From Vicugna vicugna (taxonomy: Eukaryota): a stretch of DNA of 64,000 nucleotides. Below the pieces are notes generated by a model. The model ran no database searches. It saw only the letters and a list, made by a program, of their open reading frames with translations, and was not told where the DNA came from. The stretch covers positions 2,565,779-2,629,778 of the forward strand of contig MU058718.1 of the NCBI GenBank assembly GCA_013265495.1. Reading direction: 5' to 3'. Positions 37,701 through 49,700 of the stretch are shown here, piece after piece. The position numbers were made by a program, and so were the translations under genes. How positions within the stretch are numbered: position 1 is the first letter of the stretch; each line of letters begins with the position of its first letter.

Positions 37701-40700
37701 CAGCGTTGACTGGGGATATCCTACACCTGGAAGGGAGAGCCAGGCCCTGCTTGGTTTCTGCCGAGGACTCTGGCTTTTCTGTTGCTGACAGCAGGATGGC
37801 GGAAGTCTGCAAGCTCTGCAGCACTGGCCCTGCCCCTCTTCCCTCCTCCCTGGGATCCTGAGGGAGTTGGGAACTGGTGACCCTTTTGTGGGGTTTGGCA
37901 GCGCATCTGAGGCTTTCCCTGAGGGGACAGTGTGTGGGGTTCTTGTGAAGCCTTTTCTCCAGGAATGTGAAGACCTTTCCGGTCTGGAAGCCAGTCAAGG
38001 AGTGCTCTGGGGGTGGAGCCCTGCAGGACGTCATGAAGCGGGATCTTTAGCGATTAGATGTAGAATGTTGTGGACCCAAGAGAGAATGTTAAAAGTGATC
38101 ATTTGATGTGCTGGTGGTTTTTAAGCAGCCAAACTTTTTTGGCCAGTACTCTGGGATCCTGAATTCTATTTAAAATCCTTCTATTTGCCCTTTTTCAGTG
38201 GAGACAAGTAGATTAAATAAATGCTTGCCACCTCTAACCAGTGTCTGTCTCAGGGATGGCATAGAAGACATTGAATCAGTTTTCAATGAAGTGAATTTAT
38301 TGGCTAACCGGCAGAAAGAATGAAGAAAATAAAGTGTTCACAACCCAGACCCCACAGTAAAAAGCCAGACTTTCCCCCTCACAGCTCTGTTTACTTTTTC
38401 CCTCCCCTACCCTTCCCATCCCCTTCAATTCCTTCACCATCTATGGTACCTCCTTATCTTACAGAATTTCTCGAGACTTAGAACCAGGATTTCTCCTATC
38501 TGACGTTTATTGTGGGCAATCAATGCCAGGAGCTTTGAAAGCTTCGCTTTTCAAAACAGGGGTCTTTCTCCTTCCCTGAGTGCCTTTCTTTCCCTGGTTG
38601 AACTTTATTCCAACTGCAGTAAAACTCTGAAGTTATTGAATCACCACTAGTTCAATAGGTGCTGTAGTATATATTCTGCACTGACATGATACCAAATAGC
38701 CTGTGTTTACATCTGGCAGAAGTTATGGCTTCCGAGCTTTGAGAAATTCTAGAAAACATCCCTTGCCTTTTGTTTTTGGGAAAGTAAAGATTTCCGGATG
38801 AAACAATTAACCTGTCCCTGTCTTTAAGTTTCTGAACTCGAAAGAAAGAAAAGCAAAAAGCCAAGCAAGGTAACCTTTTCTGTGTTGGAGAATTGAAAAA
38901 AAGATTGGATAGTATTTTGTTTTTTCCTCTGGAAAAACATTTTAACACCTGAATTTCCCTGTCCTATAAGCAGACCCTCAAAACTATACTTTGAAATTAA
39001 AGAGCTACAGGAAGTATTAACATTAGGAAAGACCATACAGGGAGGGATCCAGGACAGAACAAAATACAGACATGGGCCTCGTCTGCTGTCTTATTTAGTA
39101 AAATATCATATTCTTCTCTCTGCCTAAGTTCGTCTATCTAGCAAAGTGGGGAAACAGTACTACTTACCAGTAAGTAACATTTCAAGGAGTCACATTATTT
39201 AGGAAGTAGTGGTATTTATGAATATCTCCTCTGCTCCCTACTAAACTGTAAAAGGATTGGGATTTAGTGAGAGAGGTGTTCCCAGAGTCCTTAATATAAC
39301 ATCTTTTTTAAGACAATCAAGCACTATTAACTGATCATTTGGGTAAGGGGAGATAGCTGGATGTTGGTAAAGGCAAAAAAGTGTCCTGTTGAGAATACGA
39401 GAGTGACTTGAATTTTAAGGAGTGCTTCTGCAGGGACCTGGGTGTTGAGTTTGTGGCTAATTCAGGCTCCTGGATTCTCCTTCTGGTCTGCTTTGGCTAC
39501 TACAGTGTTTATTAACGTTCACAGGCAGCCTCTGCAATGCCTCCCTGCTCCAACCCTGAGGTGCTCTCTGGCCTCTACCACCTTCTCCAGTAACTCTCCC
39601 AGAATTCCAGCCATGGCTGTTTCCCTCTCCTAAGCACTGCGACTGTCCTGGGCAGAGCCTCCCATCCTTTGCTTGTTTGCACCAAGCATATTTTCCAGTG
39701 CTTAGTAGGCACTTGGCTGTTGGGGTTAATGTACAAATGAATGAATGAATGGAGTTTTCAAACATATAAACAGCTAGCCAGGCAAAACGAGATGAATGCT
39801 AACTAGAAACACAAAGGTGTTGTGGAGGCTCAGAAAACAGGAATAAATCCACAGGGAATGGCAAAACCCCTCAGAGAGGCAGCATTAAAAGGTCAGGAGG
39901 GTTTCCAGGCAGAGGGAAACAGCAAATATACAGAAGCATCAAAGTACACGAGGCAAATGGGCAATGTTAAACCCCCTGGTGAAGAGGCAGCAGATCCAAG
40001 CTGGGAAGAGTCCGGGGCAGTTTATAAATCACCTGGAACTGCACACCAAGGAGTGGTTAGGATGGCCTGATGGTGTGGGGCAGGGACTCTGGGGCTGGTC
40101 AGCCTGCCACTGCATACTAGCTGCCTGACCTCAGGCGGATCCGTTAGCCCCTACGTCTGTTTCCTCATCTGTGGAAAGAGGGTGGGGTAACTCTAGTGCT
40201 GGTGTGAAAAGGCAGATGGAAGAGTTAGAGAGCGAGGACATGAGAATAGTAAGAAGCCTTTTGATCAGCCAGTGCCTAACACCGTCCCTGCCCAAAATGG
40301 GCATTCAGTGAATGAATGAATGAATGAATGAATGATTCAGATGAGTGCCCAGGGCAGTAAACTAGGGCAGTGGCTGTGGGAATGTACAAGTTAATTGTAA
40401 TACTTGCTCTCAGCTCTGAAAGAAATTTGGATGAAAGAAGTTTGAAATCTTAAAAAATATTTTTATTCTCTTTTAACCTGCATTTTAATCTATGCATGTA
40501 TTTCAATTATTAATCTAAATTGATACAAGATGATTATAATAAAAATATAGCTTATAAAATTATACTTATAGAGGAAATTTTAAAAATATTATGTACAAAA
40601 ACAATTTAAAGAAATCCTGAGACGGGGGAACAACCCTTTGCATTTTATAATGTTTTACTTGCATTTTGGGTTTTTTTGTGTGTTTGTTTTATTAAGAATA

Positions 40701-43700
40701 TTTCCTATTTTTTTCCCACAGCTGAATACCTTCCAGGCAGTTCTGGCATCTGATGAGTCTGATAGCTACGCCCTCTTCCTTTATCCTGCCAATGGCCTTC
40801 AGTTCTTTGGAACCCGCCCCAAAGAATCTTACAATGTCCAGCTCGAGCTTCCAGCCCGTGTGGGCTTCTGCAGAGGGGAGGTCGATGACCTAAAGAGAGA
40901 GGGACCGTATTTCAGCTTGACTAGCACTGAACAGTCTGTGAAAAATCTCTACCAGTAAGTAACACACGGCTTAAGCCCTTTCCTGCTGGAATGTAAGGAC
41001 CGTTGGAACTACCCAAACTTGAGTGGCCATAAGACCGTTAAATAATATCTCGGTGGTTTCTAATCAAGGCGTCAGGTCAAAACCAGGAACTAGACTAGAC
41101 CCTGGAAGGAGTGAGTTGACCAAAATATAAAGGATTCTTTATTTTTCCTGCCCTATTGGCTATAGATACCGGAAACAGAACTGTGTGTGTGTGCGCGTGC
41201 GCGCGTGCGCACAGCCACTGAGGCTTGCTATGGAAAACGTTGCTCTTGGAACCACATAAAAATATTCAGTAATATAACTGCCCAGGCTGAGGTTTTTCCA
41301 GGTGAATCGTCTCACAGGAAAAGACACTGTGAGTCAGTCTTCTAGACAGATACATGTTGAAAGTTAAATTAAGGGAGGAGGGTGTAGCTCAGTGGTAGAG
41401 CATATGCCTAGCATGCACAAGGTCCTGGGTTCAATCCCCAGAACCTCCATTAATAAATAAATAGGCGAACAAACCTAAATACTCCCCCCACCAAGAAAAC
41501 CTTTTTTTAAAAGAAAGAAAAACCAAACAAACAGATTGGTAGATGTTTAGAAGTCTCAGTCTTTTTCCATTGCTTCCTTATCTCAAATCGTCCTGGTGGG
41601 TTTTTCAAGAGATGCCGGAACCGAGCCCATTCCTTAGTCCCACCCTGTGAGTTCACTTTGTCCACATCATGCCCAGGATCTGGGTTAGCACCAGCTGATA
41701 TTTATTCATTTCAAGGCTTTAAAAAATGTCTCTGCTTTTATCCCTTCCCTGAATACTGGTATAGAAGTCAGACAGAACACACTGGTTACCTGGCCTTCCT
41801 TAACGTTCCATTACATTATTCCTGGGGATTGGAACACCTTACACTTCTGCATGCCGTCTGCTCTACTCAGAGACCAGAGAGCCAGCCCTCCAACCAAGCA
41901 GGGTTACTCAGAGCTGACATTTAGTGAGAGTTTACTGTTTGCCAACATTGCACTAAACACTTCCCAGAAGTTCTCTTAATTAAAACTCAACAAGAATCCC
42001 AGGAGGTAAGTTCTGTTCTTCTCTCGATGTGACAGATGAGCTTAGGGGAGTTCATTTGCTTATGATCTCAAAGTTATTAAGTGGCAAAATCAAAACTGAA
42101 GCGTGAGTCCAGAGCTCTGAACTATTTATTTGATGCTGAATTCTGGCCTGCTTCCCCGTTCTCACCACCCATGTTGAGCATCTTTAGGGGTCCAAAGAGG
42201 CTGCCTGTTAGTCTGGACTCTGAAGGAAACTTGGCTCCTGTTTTCTCTCCCCTTGTTCTGCCCTCCTCTTCTAATCTGGAGCCCACAGATTCTCTGTTTC
42301 ACAGATATTATCACGGGCTCACCGTGGGCCAAGCACTGGAAAGACGAAGATGTCTAAGGCCCAGGCCCTGCACGTGAGCCACCTGCACTCTCATAGGGTA
42401 GACAAACAGCTCGACAGTTCCAGGAGCATTGGAGTAAATGCTGACACCTCCTCAGTACAGGAGGTGGTGAGGGCCAAAAAGCCTGTAGGAAAAAGCAATT
42501 GTGCTCCCCGACCACAGCCACAAAGAACTCACACACACACGCACGCGCACGCACGCACGCATGAACAGAGACACACACACACCACTTCCTTTTCCCTCCG
42601 TGCCTTCCTCATCATTACCTTTGATGCTTCCTAGAAACCTCTTGAGTTACTTGATTGAAGTGGAAGATATGAGGCCAAAAGGACTGGCAAAGCAGTTTTT
42701 CTTTAGTATAACCTATGTTTAAAATAAAAACTAAAAGTACAAACAATGCCAAGAAATCTGAAATCAAAGTAAAAATGACCCATTATCACTGCTTCAAGCG
42801 ATAACCATTATTAAGTTATTAACACACAGAAAAGCAGAGGGAGTCATGGAGATTTACAAGCTGTTGACATTTTGCCATCTTCATCATTTTTTTCGTTTTT
42901 TGTTTAAATATTTTAAAGCCACACACACCATGCCATTTACTCCTCAGTGCTCGGCATCTCTAAAGAATAAAAGTATTCTCCTAGTCAATGGAATCATTGC
43001 CTTCCTCCAACCTGTGCCATAATTATAAGCTCAGAGGTCATAAATTATATAATTCATAGTGTTTGTCATAACTCTCCTTCTGCACATTCAAATACAAATG
43101 CACACATTTGCATTTTTTGAGATGATACTTTCCTGTCTCCTGAAAGACAGTAGTTACTAAGTACTTACTATGTGCAGGGTCCCCTGGCTGAGCATTTCTT
43201 GCAACTTTCTAACTTAACTCTCCTAACAACCCAGGGAGGAAGGCACTGTCATCTCATTGCGTACCCTTGTTTTCCTTTCTAGGAAGTAAAGTAAGTTCTA
43301 TTACTAAGCTTTCCAAATGACCTTGGATTTTAGGATAAACTCAAACTGGCTACTTTCCCATCATACACAATGACCAAAGCCAGGGTAGTCTGTGATTTAT
43401 GTTTACTTAGAAGGTTATTTAATTTAGCTCTTATCTGCCATAATTTGTATTTTCCTACTCTTTGAAGCTTTTATAGTTTTCTCTATCTAACTTCAAGAAG
43501 AAATGTCACAGCTGCAACACCTCTGATGTGACAATAAACTCAGCATCCTCGGATCGTCAGGATTCTCTCTTATCTTCCTTAACATTCCGTTTGCTTGCCA
43601 AAAAGCACCAGCATTAATTCTTAGAACTCACCAAGTCTACGTAGCATGTTGCACAAAGGATCACAGGCTTGCTTGCTGTTCTCCTGTTTCCCTAAACTAA

Positions 43701-46700
43701 TTACAACAGCTGTGGTGGCAGCAACAGCACACAAGAGGGTGGGGGTTGACTGATTGAGTCTCAAAATTGACTTTAAAAATATGATTGGTGCATAAATCCA
43801 CATGAATGTGATGAGTATCAACCCAAAAGAGCAAAAGTCTCTTGTCCTTAGAGGATTCAGTGCATTTCTGATGATCTTATTAGTCACTAACTCTGATTTC
43901 TCGTGGACCGACTGGAGGAAATCCCCACAGCATGAGAGGCTTTGAGCCGGGTCTTTGGTATATATCCAGACAGGTTGGAAACGGGCGCGTTCAGGCTTAG
44001 CCAGACCATTTGTTCCTTAGGGCTTTTCCTTATTTTTTTGAACTTGTGTGTGGGATTATTCTCTTCAGAATGTATCGTAGACTAAAGTAGTGGATCGCTG
44101 GGATACCTGGAAGACTGACTGGAGCCCATCTTCTTTTCTAGCAGAGGAAACGCATGAGCTCTCTGGCTCTGATGTTTCTGAACACCTCTTACTTGTGACC
44201 CTTAGCAGTTTGATTAAACTGCCTTTTTTTAAATAGATTTTTTTATTTTTATTTTTATTTTTAAAAAATTTGGGGGGGATAGGTAATTGGGTTTATTTAT
44301 TTATTTTTAGAGGAGGTACTGGGGGTTGATCCCAGGGCCTTGTGTGTGCTAAGCATGTGCTCTATCACTTGAGTTGTATCTTCCCCAAACCTAAACTGCC
44401 ATCTTATTTTCCCCTTCACTTTGTTCTGCATTTGCTCAACATTTTTTAGACTTGGGCACTTCCATTTCTTCAAAATTTTTTGAAATTGATTCACCATTCT
44501 CTGTGAATTAGTTAATTGATCCATGTGACTAAACAGTGAAATGTCTCTAACAGTCTGTAGAGTAGTGATACTTCGGATGTGGGTTGACTATAGTGTGTTG
44601 GTTTTCTGACATAATGTAGATTTTCAGAGTGTGGGCTTTGGTGATAGTCCTGAATTCAGGTCCAAGATCTGCCAATTATTAGTTGTGCAACCTTAAGAGG
44701 ATGAATTAATCTCTCTAAACCTGTTTTCTCCTCTGTAAAATTGGACATGATCACTGCCCTCACCTTGCAAGTTGTATTGAAGAACCTTAAGCCCTTGGCA
44801 CATAACTAACTCTCAGACAAAAAGTAGTCATTATTGTTTAAATATTGGGCAAAAATCTGTAAGCATATGTTATCTTGGGTTTTATAAAAGCAGAGGGAGG
44901 ATAAAATATTCCCACAATTCCCTATTTGTGTTCAGATAACCAGATTTTAGATAAAACACGTGGGATTGAAGAATAGATTTCTGATTTGAGGGTCTGGCAT
45001 TCGATAGACAAATGGCCTTTGAGACCCATTGTCAGGTAAGAGGCAGTTTATATCAAAATTCCAGTATAATCATTTTAGTTACCATGTAAGTCTGGTTCTA
45101 TTTGGTTTCCTGCCAGTGAACACTTTGAATCTGGTCTTCTTGGTCTTTCAGTTTTAAAATAAATTGCTCACCTTTGTAGGAAGGTGGTAAATGAACTTTT
45201 GTTACAATGCACTGTTTTTCTTTAATAGAAGTTTAGTTTATTTACAACGTTGTGTTAGTTTCTGTGTAGGTACAGCATGGTGATTCAGTTATATTTTTAT
45301 ATTCAGTATTCAGTTATATATTCAAATATATTCTTTTTCACTGTAGGTTGTTACAACATAGTGAGTGTAGTTCCCTGTGCTATACAGTAGGGCCTTGTTG
45401 TTTATCGATTTTATATGAAGTAGTGTGTTTCTGATACAAATGATCTTTTTATTTAGACACAGCAACCTGGGGATTCCTGGAGTGTGGGCTTTTCACATTG
45501 GCAGTACCTCCGGGTTGGACAATGTCAGGCCAGCGACAGTTGGAGGAGACCTTTCCAAAACCCACCCATCGGCTCCCCTGGGACATTCCTTCAGCCATGC
45601 TGCAGCCCTGGAAGGTGACTACACTGAGGACAATTTGGATTATTATGATGAGAATGAGGAGGAAGTCGAATACCCGCCTGGTGAACCAGAGGAGGCATCA
45701 AATGGCCACAGCACAATGGATGTGTCCTTCCACTCGAAAGCTGATTCGAGGCAGTTGGGAGGTGGGATCTCTCCTCCAGATTCTGACCTGGCCTCCTCTT
45801 TGCCACATCCGACATCTAGTGATGGGTCTGACACTGAATCTGCCACCTTGGACCCTCAAACCAAAGAGAGGAGACCCCATGGGGACATAGATGCCCCAGA
45901 TTTAAAAGGCCGAGCTGAGTCTTCTGAACAGCCAGTGACCCCTGCTCCACCAGAGACAGGAGATTCACTGGGTCCTTCCCGGGAAGTCTCCCCTCCCTAC
46001 CCAGCCGGAGGGGCACTGCCCGCAGAGACGCAAGTTCCTCCAGCCCATCCTGGAAGAGAGGCGGTTCTTCCAAATTACCCTGGGCTGAATCACGCTCCGC
46101 CACCCGGTCGGGGGAGGCAGGTGGTCGGGGTAGAGGACGACATCAGTTCCAACACTGAGGGTAAGTGGGTTTGAACACGGGGTGCTAAGAATCCATTTAA
46201 AAAATGCTGACTTTGCAGAGAGTTGAGACTATTCTCAAGCGAGTAGATGGAAAGTGTAGCAAAAAGAAGATTGGGACGGATTTTTAAACCCGCAATTCAG
46301 GAGATAGAGCCTTTCCTTGGCCAAAGAAATCTTGGCAGGCAAATTCTGTTCGGAATTTCTTGACCATGAATAATGTTTTTTTTGATTTAAAAAAAAAAAA
46401 CCGGGCCTCACAGAGCACGTGGGGAAGAACTGGGTTGCTCGTGCCAGCTGCGCTCTCAAGTGTAATGAAGAATTTCAGCTGGAAAGTTCAGCAAAGGTAA
46501 AACGTTCCGGGGCTTCATATGCATCTCGGTGCTGGAGGGCTGCAGGCTGTAGCTGGAAGTGGCGAGTCGTGCTGGCTCGGAGGAACATTCCAGAGCCTTC
46601 CTCTGTGACGGGGCAGCCCTGGCGCTCGCCCGGTCTCCGCTAGAGACGTGGCGGTGGTGTGTGGGAGAGGGGGCCCCTGGGGAGGGGACACGGACAAGCA

Positions 46701-49700
46701 CCTGTGTCTTGTCGTTTCTGGTTCACGGCTGTGCAGCTGTGGTATTCAGCTCCCCGGAGCCTTGCCCTCATTTTCATGACTCACTGACCGCAGCGAGAGG
46801 CCAGGAGAGAGAAGCCCAGGGGAGGCGGCCGTTAATTAACACGGACACGGAGCCCATGTCACCTTCCCTTCCCCGCTGAGACTTGCCAGGTCAGCTCTTT
46901 CTTCCCAGTCAGGGGTGTACACCTGAATGGGGAACTGACCACAGATTCATCCCATTTGTTCCAGGGCCTGCTCATCTGACCTCTGACAGGAGGGAAGAGG
47001 TCAGAGGTGAAAGCGTTCTTCAGGACCTTTTTAATTATTTTTTTCACCTTTTCTGTTTCCCATGGCTTTTGTGGTGAAAACACGTTGACCCAGCAAGGGC
47101 CTTGCGGGTGGTTCTGCTGTGGCACCGGCCCGTAAGACTTCGCTGCCTTCAGGAGGGATGAGACTGTGTTGTGTGATGCCGGGGGGAGAGCACTGGTGTC
47201 AGATTTGGGTTTGAATCCTGGCTGTCCCGCTGGCTGGGTGACACTTTCTGTAGCCCAAGCCTCTGATTTCTGCTAAATTTGTTGAGAGGATTAAAAGAGA
47301 TAATGAAGTTCTTAGGCTAGTGTCTGTAGAGTTGGATCTTAATAAACGGTGGCTGCAGTTACTAATTACAGAGGATTTAAAGCAGTGGGAACGGGGCACC
47401 AGGAATGAAGAATGGGCTTGTTAAGTAGCAGTGCCTTAATTTGTGCCTAAGGGCCACGTTTCTGTCAAGTTGAAGATGTGAGTTTTATTGGAAGGCTTCA
47501 GAACCTTCTGACAGTCTCCTGAGTTTTCAGCCTAAGTTCCCTATATCTAAGGAAAATTTGAAGCCAAGTCTCAGACACTTTGATCAAAGAGATTTTTGAA
47601 GTAAAGATGTGTCCCTAAGTGGTCTTTTCATTTGTGGGTTGCGATTTCCTGCCTTGGGAAGAGCCTGGAATATTAAAAAGCCAATCCCTGGAGCGGTTTA
47701 TTAAAGAGTTAAGAGGAAGGGGCTGCACACCCTGCTTTGCGCTGTGAGAGGCTGAGATAAGCTGGCTTGGCTGCAGGAGGTCCAGGGAACTGGCCAGAGT
47801 GCAGAACACAGGCGGCAGCTGTAACCCTTGCGGGGCATGAACTACATTTATCAGCTGCTGGTGACGTCTACCCCTGACATCTTGGGCATGGCAAAATGCA
47901 TTTGAAACAGCTGGCTAATACAAGGAGCCGTCAAAAGAAAAACTAACTAGTTTTCCAACCTTGAAGAAAAAATAGCTAGCAGCCACCCTATTAGCAGAGA
48001 AGAAAAGCTTTACAACTTGAAAGCAGAGAGGGAAAATAGGAGAGCCTCTGGTTTCACCTCAGGATTTAGGAAGACTCAGTGTCCACGGGGCATTTGTTCA
48101 GGAACCCTCTGCAGCTGCCAAAATCTGCGGATGCTCAAGCCCCTTAGTCAGCCCTCTGTATCCGTGGTTCTGCATTCGTGGGTCCCCCAACCTCGGGTCA
48201 TTTACAGAGTGCAGCATCCACGTTTCCTTGAATCTGGGGATGTAGAACCCGCGGATACCGAGGGCCAGCTGTATAGAACCACACAGTGGTAAATTCTTGG
48301 TTTTACTTGGCAGTGGTCTTTGTTTTCAGACAACACACTGGCGTCCCAGAGGTCCATCAGGCAAAAGTGGACTCCCTCCGGGAAAGCTGGTGGGTGGGGT
48401 GGCAGAGACTCACACCCCCATCGCCTGCTAATTGCCCAGCCCTGAGCCATCCTGCCCAGCGTTTTCTACCAATGGAGTGAAGGAGTGTGGGTTTTGGTGT
48501 TTGGTGGTTGTAAGCTTGATTCCCAGGTCTGCTGTGTGGTTTGGGATAAGACATTTGCTCTGTCTGACTATCATTTCCTCAGCTATAAGGTGGAAATAAT
48601 GTAGACCTCATTAAAAAGTTGTGAGAATTAAAATTTGGCATGGAAGCACCATGCCCAATAAAATTTAGTGTCCCCCTTAAGCCTCATAGTTGTCATCGTG
48701 CTAAACCAAGAAATAAAGATTTATAGCTCCCCAAAATACCTCTCCCTTCTCTTTAAAATGCTTTTCCCCTTAGGGACTCTTTATAGACTTTTTGTTGAGA
48801 AATCTAGATTCTTTTTAGAGCATGTCCACACCAGGCAAGAATGCCCCGAGTACACTCCAGTTCTGGCCTCGAGCATATTACTTGCCCTGTGCTGTTTCCA
48901 TAGGCTACAGAACCAGCAGTAAATTGGACGCACACACTTTCTCTGCCTCAGGGGTCTTGTTCCTCAAAGCAGCTCAGGAAGCTTGTTGTCCATGTGTGCC
49001 CTTCTCTGACCGGGGCACAAGTGGAAATTTTCACTAGTATTTATCGAGTGCCCTGTTGGACTCTAAGGGTGAGCTTTGCTTTGATTGCACAATTAATCTT
49101 CCGAATTGGTCTGTGAGGTAGGTGCTATTATCCTTCCCACAGTGCAGAGAAGGAAACTGAAGCCTGATTTGTCCGAGCACGAGGCAGTCCAGGACTGCCA
49201 CAGAGCCACGGAAGGGTAGAGCAAGCTGTCAGGTAACACAGTGAAGGGCAGATCCACATGTGGTGCCCATCAGGGAAGTCTTCCTGGAGGAGGAGGGCCT
49301 GAGCCAGGCCGTGGGGTCAGAGTCTGAGTTTAGAGAGGGAGAAAGTGGGGCAATATTCTAGACAGAGGAGTGACAAGGATGGAGTTACTGAGGTGGAAAT
49401 GGAGAGAGAATGTGTGAGTGAGTTGAGGGGGTGGGCAGGAGAGGCAGGTCCAGCCGCCTAGGACTGGGGACCGCCAGTGTTGTGGGGCGCCGGAGTGAGC
49501 TTGATTCACAGGAGTCATGGATGGTCTGAAACCTGCCCAGCTGGTGTGATGAAGAGCTTAATTTGACCTCAGTCTGCCTGCTGAATTAGCCAGTGGGTAG
49601 GACAACTGCGTTTCAGAAACCTCAGGCATTCTGACCCCATCGTGAGATCCTGTTGATTCTGTTTAGATGGCGATTATGCTGGGAAAGCCCTGGGTGGGAG

